Shown: piece by piece, positions 1-6,795 of the stretch
How the letters are laid out: each line of letters starts with the position of its first letter
Numbering within the stretch: position 1 is the stretch's first letter
Source: Cellvibrionaceae bacterium
GTDB lineage: Bacteria; Pseudomonadota; Gammaproteobacteria; Pseudomonadales; Cellvibrionaceae
Assembly (NCBI GenBank): GCA_035338675.1
Contig: DAOQGS010000002.1
Span: forward strand, 1-24,387
Direction: 5' to 3'
DNA length: 24,387 bases
The notes under the pieces: generated by a model
What the model was told of the DNA's origin: nothing
What the model saw: the letters and a program-made list of their open reading frames with translations, nothing else
Databases searched by the model: none
Program-made: the position numbers and the translations under genes

Positions 1-1
1 A

Positions 2-835
2 TTACACCGGCTGATCGCGGCGGCGCCGCAAATTCACTGGCTTAGCGATAGCCTGCAGGACCTTACGCGCGAGGGGGAGCTGTGCCTGCTGCACACCGCC
101 GCAGGGGCGACTATTCAAACGCCGCTCATTCTCGCCGCCGATGGCGCCCGCTCTGCCGTGCGCAGCCTGGCGGCCATCCCGGTGCGCCAGTGGTCCTATG
201 GCCATACGGCCTTGGTCTGCCGGGTACATACCGAGCGCCCCCATCGCCATACCGCCTACCAGCGCTTCACCCACCAGGGCCCCCTGGCGTTTTTGCCGTT
301 ATTCCCGGCCGGGCAGCAGGACAGCTCTATTGTCTGGTCCTTAGATAACACACTTGCCGAGCAGATGATGGCGCTGAGCGAGGACGAGTTTAAAACCGCC
401 CTGGCCGCCGCCCTTGAACATCGCCTGGGCGCCGTGTTGCAGTGTGATGCCCGCCTCGCCCTGCCCTTACATCAATGCCACGCCCGCCGCTACTGCGCAC
501 CGGGAGTCACTCTGCTGGGGGATGCGGCCCACGCCATTCACCCACTGGCCGGGCAGGGCGTTAACCTGGGCCTGGCCGATGTGGCCGCTTTAGTGGATGA
601 ACTGGCCCGCGCCCACCAGAGAGGCCTGCCCCTTGCCCACCCCAGCGTACAGGATCGCTACCAGCGCGCCCGTATGCCCCACAATTTGGCGGCCATGGCG
701 GCCATGGAATCCTTCAAGCGGCTGTTCGGCAACAGCAACCCCTATGTGGGCCTGGTGCGCAACCTGGGCCTTAAGCTTGCGGGGCAGCTGCCGGGGGTGA
801 AACAGCAGTTTATGCGCTTGGCGAGCGGCCGCTAA
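2..835 (+). CDS. FAD-dependent ubiquinone-biosynthesis hydroxylase, UbiI(VisC)/UbiH/UbiF family; 5' end lies outside the window
   Basis: Frame +2 is open from base 2 (LHRLIAAAPQIHWL...LILAADGARSAVR), upstream of the track start at 158. Motifs AADGxxS, YQRF...GPLAFLP and LLGDAAHAIHPLAGQGVNLG are typical of the family. I cannot tell the paralogs apart by eye. Confidence 0.9.
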   Translation, partial: LHRLIAAAPQIHWLSDSLQDLTREGELCLLHTAAGATIQTPLILAADGARSAVRSLAAIPVRQWSYGHTALVCRVHTERPHRHTAYQRFTHQGPLAFLPLFPAGQQDSSIVWSLDNTLAEQMMALSEDEFKTALAAALEHRLGAVLQCDARLALPLHQCHARRYCAPGVTLLGDAAHAIHPLAGQGVNLGLADVAALVDELARAHQRGLPLAHPSVQDRYQRARMPHNLAAMAAMESFKRLFGNSNPYVGLVRNLGLKLAGQLPGVKQQFMRLASGR

Positions 836-2124
836 TGGCACTCGGGCCAGCAAAGACCCTGGTCAGCCAGCAGACCTGGCAGATCTGCCCCCATTGCGGC
901 GAGTTGTTGCGCCGGGTGCCGGCCTGTGAAGAGCAGGCGCTCTTGTGCCCCAACTGCCAGCTGCCGCTACCGGCGGCCAAAACCGCCTGGGTGCAACCGG
1001 CCACGGCCCTGTCGGTGGCGGCGGTGGTGTTGTTTATTATCAGCAACAGTTTTGATTTTTTAAGCCTAAAACTGGTGAGCTTTGAGCAGAGCACCAGTAT
1101 TCTCGCGGGCGTGGGCGCCCTGCTAGCCCACCAACAGTGGCTGCTGGCGGCCCTGGTGTTCTCAACGATATTTTTATTCCCCCTGCTGGAAGTCGCCGCC
1201 CTGTTGTATCTGTTAGTGCCCTTTCAGCTCAAGCGCCGCCTGCCCGGCCAGGTGGCCGTGTTGCGCTGGCTGATCCGCGCCCAGCCCTGGAGCATGCTGG
1301 AGATTTTTCTGCTGGCGATCCTGGTCACCTCGGTGAAGCTTGGCGACATGGCAAGCCTTATCCCCGGCGTGAGCATGTACGCCTTTTTTGCCCTGGTGCC
1401 GATTCTGGCCATCGCCTATGGGGTTATCGACCGGCAGAGCCTGTGGAGTTATCTGCAGCCGGATAATTGTTATGTAGCCGAGCCTTCCGATCTGCTCTAC
1501 GCCTGCGGTGTATGTGAAGCCATGGTGGGGGAGACGCTGCTGAATCACAGCGCCCATTGCCCGCGCTGCCTAAGCCCCATGCACAAGCGCATTCCCAACA
1601 GCCTGCAAAAAACCACCGCGTTAATTGTGGCCTCGGTGATTTTATATATCCCCGCCAACCTCTTACCCTTTATGACCACCCGCACCCTCACCGGGGAGCG
1701 CGACGACACCCTGGTGAGCGGGGTCATCAGCCTGCTCAACCACGATATGTGGTTAATTGCCGCCGTGGTATTTATCGCGAGTATAGTGGTGCCCATGGCC
1801 AAACTGGGGGTGCTGATTTATTTACTGGCCAGCGCCCACTGGCAGCACTACCGCAACCAAGCCACCAAAATTCGCCTGTATCACTTAACCGAATTAATCG
1901 GCCGCTGGTCCATGGTGGATGTGTATGTGGTCACCCTGCTTACCGCCCTGGTGCAGTTTGGTTTTTTAGGCAATATCCAGCCGGGCAATGCCCTGGTGGC
2001 CTTTGCCGCCGTGGTGGTATTAACTATGCTCGCCGCTGAGACTTTCGACCCGCGTTTATTAGACACCCCCCAGGAACAGCCTGGGGATTTTCCGGCCCAT
2101 GCGTTTAAACATGAATCTACCTAA
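835..2124 (+). CDS. pqiA: Paraquat-inducible protein A (two fused PqiA domains), inner-membrane component of an MCE system
   Basis: Two CxxC...CxxC clusters (CPHC/CPNC and CGVC/CPRC), each followed by TM segments; PWSMLEIFLLAILV and GRWSMVDVYVV motifs; start overlaps the upstream stop (TAATG 833-837). Confidence 0.93.
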   Translation: MALGPAKTLVSQQTWQICPHCGELLRRVPACEEQALLCPNCQLPLPAAKTAWVQPATALSVAAVVLFIISNSFDFLSLKLVSFEQSTSILAGVGALLAHQQWLLAALVFSTIFLFPLLEVAALLYLLVPFQLKRRLPGQVAVLRWLIRAQPWSMLEIFLLAILVTSVKLGDMASLIPGVSMYAFFALVPILAIAYGVIDRQSLWSYLQPDNCYVAEPSDLLYACGVCEAMVGETLLNHSAHCPRCLSPMHKRIPNSLQKTTALIVASVILYIPANLLPFMTTRTLTGERDDTLVSGVISLLNHDMWLIAAVVFIASIVVPMAKLGVLIYLLASAHWQHYRNQATKIRLYHLTELIGRWSMVDVYVVTLLTALVQFGFLGNIQPGNALVAFAAVVVLTMLAAETFDPRLLDTPQEQPGDFPAHAFKHEST

Positions 2125-3736
2125 ACCGATGGTTACACCCTTCCAAAAACTCTCGCCGGTGTGGTTAATCCCCCTGGTAGCGCTGATCATTGCCCTGTGG
2201 CTGGCGATTAATTCCTGGCAGGAAAAAGGCCAGGAAATTGAAATCCTTTTAAACGCGGCGGCGGGCATCGAAGTGGGTAAAACCCAGGTGCGCCTAAAAG
2301 ATGTGCCGGTGGGCAAGGTCTCCAAAATGCAGCTCACCGCCGATTTAAGCAAAGTGCGTTTAAAAGTCACCCTAGAGCGGGAAATTGCCAAACACCTAAG
2401 TGTGAATACGCGTTTTTGGCTGGTGAGCCCGCGTATTAGTGTGGCGGGGGTTTCCAACCTCGGCACCCTAGTATCTGGTGTATATATCGTGATGGACCCT
2501 GGTGAACCCGGCGCCTTTTCCACCAATTTTGACGGCTTACCGGAGCCACCCGCCATAGAATCCAGCGTCAAAGGCACCACCTTTTTATTGCGCGCCGACA
2601 GCCTAGATTCGGTGGATATAGGCTCGCCGGTGTATTACCGGCAATTAAAAGTCGGCGAAGTCACCAGCTATAAACTGAGCGAAACTGGCGAAGCGGTGGA
2701 AATTCGCGTGTTTGTGCAGGCCCCCCACGATAAATTAATCACCAGCCACAGCCGTTTTTGGAATGTCAGCGGGTTTGATATCAACCTGGGGCCAGACGGT
2801 GTAAAGGCGCAAATGGCCTCGTTAGTGTCGTTTTTAGGCGGCGGTATTTCCTTTGAAAATATCAACGCCTATGAAAACGCGGAACCTGCCAAAGCCAATC
2901 AAACCTTTTTTCTCTACGCCGATAAAGAATCGGTACTGGAAGGCCGCTTTAGCGCCAAATTTTATTATCTGCTGAAATTCTCCCACTCCGTGCGCGGCTT
3001 AAAAGCCGGTGCGCCGGTGGAATTTCGCGGCATTAAAGTGGGCGAAGTGGTGGATGTGGTGTTATCCAGCATTGAAAACCAAGATAAATCCCTGCTGGTG
3101 TATATCACCTTAGAGCCTGAGCGTTTTAAAGCGGATTTAGAACCCAAGCGGGAAATTATCGACGGCATGGTGGCCAAAATGGTTGACCAGGGCCTGCGCG
3201 GCCAATTGCGCACCGACAGCCTATTAACCGGCAGCCTGTATGTGGATTTAGCCTTTGAAAACAAACAAAAACCCGGCAAATTAACCGTCACCGACAACCA
3301 TGCGGAAATTCCCACCCTCGATGACCCGCTGGATCAGCTCACCAAACAGTTAAGTGAAATTACCGATAAATTTAACCGTATTCCCAGCGATAAAATTGGC
3401 GCCGACCTGGCTAAATCCATGGCGAGCTTGGCCAATATAATGAATACCCTGGATAAGAATAATACCGCTGGCAAACTCGATGGCACCCTGGGCAATCTTG
3501 AAAAAGCCACCCACGACATGGACAAAACAGTAGCCGAGGCCACCCAAACCCTCAGCCAATTGCGGGTGACTTTAAAAAGCCTGGATGCCACTTTTGCGCC
3601 GGATTCCCAATTGCATTTTGAAGTAATTGAAATGCTCAATTCCGTTACCGAAGCGTCCGATTCGTTTGATCGCATTGCCGATGAATTAAAACGCTATCCC
3701 AACGCCTTAATATTCGGAGGCAAGAAAAAAGAATGA
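2111..3736 (+). CDS. pqiB: PqiB, three-MCE-domain intermembrane transport protein
   Basis: N-terminal SPVWLIPLVALII anchor; three MCE repeats (GIEVGKTQVRLKDVPVGKV, SVDIGSPVYYRQLKVGEV, GLKAGAPVEFRGIKVGEV); helical C-terminus ending YPNALIFG. Start may be 2099 or 2111. Confidence 0.93.
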   Translation: MNLPKPMVTPFQKLSPVWLIPLVALIIALWLAINSWQEKGQEIEILLNAAAGIEVGKTQVRLKDVPVGKVSKMQLTADLSKVRLKVTLEREIAKHLSVNTRFWLVSPRISVAGVSNLGTLVSGVYIVMDPGEPGAFSTNFDGLPEPPAIESSVKGTTFLLRADSLDSVDIGSPVYYRQLKVGEVTSYKLSETGEAVEIRVFVQAPHDKLITSHSRFWNVSGFDINLGPDGVKAQMASLVSFLGGGISFENINAYENAEPAKANQTFFLYADKESVLEGRFSAKFYYLLKFSHSVRGLKAGAPVEFRGIKVGEVVDVVLSSIENQDKSLLVYITLEPERFKADLEPKREIIDGMVAKMVDQGLRGQLRTDSLLTGSLYVDLAFENKQKPGKLTVTDNHAEIPTLDDPLDQLTKQLSEITDKFNRIPSDKIGADLAKSMASLANIMNTLDKNNTAGKLDGTLGNLEKATHDMDKTVAEATQTLSQLRVTLKSLDATFAPDSQLHFEVIEMLNSVTEASDSFDRIADELKRYPNALIFGGKKKE

Positions 3737-4308
3737 TCGCCCGCGGCCTGTTATTCAGTCTGTTGCTGTGGGGGCTATGTGCCTGCAGTCAGCAGACCCA
3801 TTATTACACCCTGCACCACACCAAGGGCCCCAAAGCGCCCCTGGGCAGCTACACATTTAGCTTGGGCATAGGCCCGGTATTCCTACCGGAAAGCCACAAC
3901 CAACCGGGGGTGGTGAGCCTGACCGAAGGCCAGGAAGTCACTGTGGCCCAGTACCATATTTGGGCCGGTTATTTAAATCAGTCGGTGACGCGGGTGCTGG
4001 CCGATAATTTATCCCTGCTGCTCGGCGCCGATACCGTCTGGCCCTTTCCCTGGGATAACCGCATGCGCCCTGTGCGCCAGGTGCGGGTAATTATTGAAGA
4101 AATGGCCGGGCAGCGAGGCAAAACAGTGGCCCTACAGGCTAAATATATTCTCACCGCCGACAACGGCGAGCGCACCCTGGCCGCCGAGCGCACCCGCATT
4201 GAAGTGCCCTGCGCTGGCGATTCCTACGAAGCCTATGTGGCGGCTATTAACCAGGCGCTCAATCAATTATCCGAACAGATGGCCAAAACCCTGATCGCCA
4301 AACAATAG
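3733..4308 (+). CDS. pqiC: PqiC-like outer-membrane lipoprotein
   Basis: ATGA overlap with pqiB; lipobox-like LCAC then S...YYTL; IGPVFLP and HIWAGYL...RVLADNLS pattern; position after pqiAB. Confidence 0.85.
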   Translation: MIARGLLFSLLLWGLCACSQQTHYYTLHHTKGPKAPLGSYTFSLGIGPVFLPESHNQPGVVSLTEGQEVTVAQYHIWAGYLNQSVTRVLADNLSLLLGADTVWPFPWDNRMRPVRQVRVIIEEMAGQRGKTVALQAKYILTADNGERTLAAERTRIEVPCAGDSYEAYVAAINQALNQLSEQMAKTLIAKQ

Positions 4309-4355
4309 GCTTTTAGCCGCCGTAACTTACAGGTATCTACCCCACTATTCCTATG

Positions 4356-4834
4356 TTATGTGAAATAGATGCATGAAGATTCTATATGTTGAAAACCATC
4401 CGTACTTCGGGAAAATTGTGAAAGACAAATTCCTTAGTGAATTTCATGTAACTATAGTGCCAAGCATTAAGTCCGCCACTGAAGCAGTAAATCAATCGAG
4501 TTTTGATATAGCGTTAGTGGATTACGACTTGGATGATGGCAAAGGGGATGAATTCATCGCCTACTTAATAAGAGCAGGTATTGATTTACCTTGTATAGCA
4601 GTTTCATCCCATGAAAATGGGAATTCAGCTCTAGTTAAAGCTGGAGCAGTAAGTGTTTGCAGTAAAATGCATTTCTCAAAAATTGCTTCTGTGGTGGGTA
4701 AAATTAATGTGTAAAGTAAAACAATCACATAACAAGCGTGTCCATTTGACACTTTGGCCTACGTTGCGCTTTGGGGTGGCTGCGCCACTTTACCCCAAAG
4801 CTCCACTACGGCCAAAGTGCAAATGACACGGGCG
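4356..4834 (+). mobile_element. Solitary integron gene cassette (479 bp) integrated at G^TT (4355/4356)
   Basis: Left core GTTATGTGA (4355-4363) is the exact reverse complement of TCACATAAC (4725-4733) at the start of the attC. The cassette holds one ORF, is AT-rich and ends in an attC. Confidence 0.9.
4373..4714 (+). CDS. Stand-alone response-regulator receiver (CheY-like) protein; cassette cargo
   Basis: KILYVEN (beta1), LVDYDL with Asp50, AVSS with Ser78, Lys98. Hand count gives about 37% GC over 4381-4710, clearly lower than the flanking genes. Confidence 0.85.
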   Translation: MKILYVENHPYFGKIVKDKFLSEFHVTIVPSIKSATEAVNQSSFDIALVDYDLDDGKGDEFIAYLIRAGIDLPCIAVSSHENGNSALVKAGAVSVCSKMHFSKIASVVGKINV

Positions 4835-4840
4835 TTAAAT
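4727..4840 (+). mobile_element. attC recombination site (114 bp)
   Basis: R'' ACATAAC 4727-4733; 5-nt spacer; L'' TGTCCATT 4739-4746; L' AATGACA 4822-4828; 5-nt spacer; R' GTTAAAT 4834-4840 (fits GTTRRRY). Arm GTGTC(C)ATTTG(A)CACTTTGGCC pairs with GGCCAAAGTGCAAATGACAC, leaving an unpaired C and A (G and T on the bottom strand). Inner stem CTTTGGGGT/ACCCCAAAG. Confidence 0.93.
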
Positions 4841-5050
4841 AGAATTTTAATTATCCCTCTGCTGCTTAGCGCCTATGGCTGCGACTCCAGATCCCAGCCC
4901 CAGAGAGAGCTGACTAGGCCCGCAGCGGAGGTGAAAGCGGTCATTCCCAGCGCCATAGACGCAGCCGCGCCGGGGGCGGCGCAAGCGGTGAGTGCCGAGG
5001 ATATTAAACAGGCCCAGGAGGCCGCCGCCGATAGCCCCCAGCACGAATAA
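4823..5050 (+). CDS. Small Ala/Gln-rich probable lipoprotein; original start displaced by the cassette, now starting from an ATG inside attC
   Basis: MTRALNRILIIPLLLSAYGC resembles a signal peptide II followed by a low-complexity tail. Removing the cassette gives ATG|TTA AAT AGA (MLNRIL...) in frame. Confidence 0.6.
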   Translation: MTRALNRILIIPLLLSAYGCDSRSQPQRELTRPAAEVKAVIPSAIDAAAPGAAQAVSAEDIKQAQEAAADSPQHE

Positions 5051-5141
5051 AAATCTGCCTCTGGGTTTGCCAGCGGCTTTTAGGATAAGATGCTTTTTTG
5101 TATCAATCGTTAATTAAATCAACCTGTTGAGGAGCGCAAAT

Positions 5142-5579
5142 ATGCGGTTAAAAAAATGTGTGATGGTGTTGGGTCTGGCGGCATTTTTACAGTCCACAAC
5201 CGGTTGCGGTTTACTCTTACACCCTGAGCGCCAGGGCTCCAAGGGCGGCAACCTGGACCCTGTCATAGTGCTGCTGGACGGTTTGGGTTTATTTTTCTTT
5301 TTAGTGCCCGGAATAGTCGCCTTTGCGGTGGATGTCTCCACCGGCTGTATTTACACCGGCGGCGGTGGTGGCGGTGGCAAGCGCCGTCATTTCTCCTCCA
5401 TCGAGCAAGGCCAGCCAATCAACGCCGATGAATTGGCGGGCATGAAAAAAATCGCTTTAAACGGCCCGGTGACTAAAGCCTCCATCGAAGCGGCCCTAGA
5501 GCGGGAACTGGGGCAAAAAGTAGATATCACCGCCGCCAATGTACAGGTGCAACCTATTTTGGAACCCGCCAAAATTTAA
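5142..5579 (+). CDS. Conserved hypothetical membrane lipoprotein
   Basis: RBS GAGGAG 7 nt before ATG 5142; signal ending TTGC; HPERQG...DPVIVLLDGLGLFFFLVPGIVAFAVD..TGCIY hydrophobic hairpin, a pattern I recognise from small proteobacterial proteins. Confidence 0.75.
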   Translation: MRLKKCVMVLGLAAFLQSTTGCGLLLHPERQGSKGGNLDPVIVLLDGLGLFFFLVPGIVAFAVDVSTGCIYTGGGGGGGKRRHFSSIEQGQPINADELAGMKKIALNGPVTKASIEAALERELGQKVDITAANVQVQPILEPAKI

Positions 5580-5584
5580 TACTT

Positions 5585-5609
5585 AACCCGGCTTTGGCCG
5601 GGTTTTTTT
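5585..5609 (+). terminator. Rho-independent terminator
   Basis: AACCCGGC-TTTG-GCCGGGTT followed by a T run, 5 nt after the stop at 5579. Confidence 0.85.
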
Positions 5610-5640
5610 ATTGCGACCCTTGTTATTAAAAAGTACGGTT

Positions 5641-6096
5641 ATGAAAAAATATGTTTTTCTTTTTGTCTTGGCCTGTACCGGGCTGTTAAGCGCCTGTAAT
5701 CCGCTGGCTAAATTTCAGCAACCGCAGGTACAGTTAAGCAATTTGGTGGTGCTGGAGCGGCACGGCTTCGAGCAGTTATTTTTGCTCAAACTCAAAGTCA
5801 CCAACCCCAATAAAATGGCCCTACCCATTGCGGGTTTGCAATACCAGGTGCGCTTAAACGGTTTTGATGTATTTACCGGTAACGCTGGAGATTTACCGCA
5901 ATTAAAAGCCTATAGTGATACCTACATTGAATTGCCGGTGAGCGCCAATTTAATTAGTGCCGGGGCCGTGTTGGCCAGTTTATTAGTCAGTGAACACCCC
6001 AGCATTAATTATCAATTAAACGCTACCTTCGATTTAACCGGTGTGCTGCCGGATTTTCGCGTGAGTGAAAAAGGCCTGGTCAATTTAGAACACTAA
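5641..6096 (+). CDS. LEA type 2 / WHy-domain lipoprotein
   Basis: MKKYVFLFVLACTGLLSAC lipobox; PQVQL, LKLKVTNPNKMALPIAGLQYQVRLNG and IELPV patterns typical of LEA_2. Confidence 0.85.
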   Translation: MKKYVFLFVLACTGLLSACNPLAKFQQPQVQLSNLVVLERHGFEQLFLLKLKVTNPNKMALPIAGLQYQVRLNGFDVFTGNAGDLPQLKAYSDTYIELPVSANLISAGAVLASLLVSEHPSINYQLNATFDLTGVLPDFRVSEKGLVNLEH

Positions 6097-6128
6097 TAAC
6101 CGCAGAGGTGAAATTCACCACAACCTGA

Positions 6129-6210
6129 CAGCCTGTTGCAATACAAGCGTGCCAGAGCGTCGTCGCCCAAGTATTTCAACAAGCTGCTAGGTATCTCAAC
6201 AGGCTGCTAA
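6129..6210. repeat. Three copies of a 16-bp motif (one inverted, two tandem); possible miniature element or IS-end relic
   Basis: CAGCCTGTTGCAATAC 6129-6144; inverted copies GTATTTCAACAAGCTG 6171-6186 (+CTAG) and GTATCTCAACAGGCTG 6191-6206 (+CTAA), 20-bp period. Confidence 0.6.
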
Positions 6211-6246
6211 AGAGCCGTCTTAGCTAAATTGCAGGAGGAATCCACC

Positions 6247-6621
6247 ATGAATACCCTGTTTGATTTTCCCTTTCGTTTGTTCGATCAAAGCATCAGCCCG
6301 GTTACCAGTTGGTTCTCGCCCAATTATGAAATTAATTTTGCGGGTGATAAAAACCTGGAACAAAAAATAATTGCCGACGTAGCCAGCTACGGCACCCAGT
6401 TAAACCGCATTACCGAGGCCTTGCTGGTGTTGGCAGAGGGCCGTGACGAACCTGCGATCCAGGAGCTGCGCAAGGTGCATGAGAACATTGAACAGGTGAA
6501 GACCCAGACTAAGGCTCAGCTGGTCAGCCGCATCGAGCGGGATCTTGCCAAGCTCAAAGCCCAGGATGCCAAAGCTTATCAGCAGCTTTTGGCTACACTT
6601 AAACCAGGCGACGCAGAATAA
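6247..6621 (+). CDS. Hypothetical protein with predicted C-terminal coiled coil
   Basis: Strong RBS AGGAGG before ATG 6247; 124-aa ORF with QSISPVTSWFSP...NFAGD...VASYGTQL segment and a helical, charged tail. Confidence 0.75.
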   Translation: MNTLFDFPFRLFDQSISPVTSWFSPNYEINFAGDKNLEQKIIADVASYGTQLNRITEALLVLAEGRDEPAIQELRKVHENIEQVKTQTKAQLVSRIERDLAKLKAQDAKAYQQLLATLKPGDAE

Positions 6622-6713
6622 GCACTCGCCCCAACCTTAAGCGCTAAAAGCGGCCCCGCCCTCGGTTGTTCCGGCAGGTACTGCCCGCTGTTCAGAGGCG
6701 TACAAGGTATGTG

Positions 6714-6735
6714 CTGCCACAAAAGTGTCATAAAA
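6714..6735 (+). promoter_or_regulatory. Probable Pho box (PhoB site) upstream of ppk
   Basis: CTGCCAC-AAAA-GTGTCAT-AAAA with 11-bp periodicity against consensus CTGTCAT-A(A/T)A(T/A); candidate -10 TATGAT at 6754-6759. Confidence 0.7.
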
Positions 6736-6795
6736 CTCAGGCAGCCTACGGCTTATGATGGCCTGAATTTCAGGCGCGCTTTATAGAGGTAAACC

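Noticed and set aside
4322-4330. GTAACTTAC mini-palindrome as an IS66 scar
   Set aside because: Too short, with no flanking duplication; expected by chance.
4309-4355. attI site or intI remnant upstream of the cassette
   Set aside because: Only 46 bp precede the crossover; I see no recognisable L box and no integrase ORF on either strand.
4754-4822. Track ORF start at TTG 4754
   Set aside because: It lies within the attC hairpin; ATG 4823 gives a more plausible signal peptide.
5067-5091. Sigma70 promoter TTGCCA...TAAGAT
   Set aside because: Spacer is only 13 nt.
5358-5378. Seven-glycine run as a phase-variable repeat
   Set aside because: Mixed GGC/GGT codons, so not a perfect slippage tract; probably a linker.
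5142-5579. Polyribonucleotide nucleotidyltransferase label that I recall being attached to similar proteins
   Set aside because: Far too short, hydrophobic, and has no PNPase motifs.
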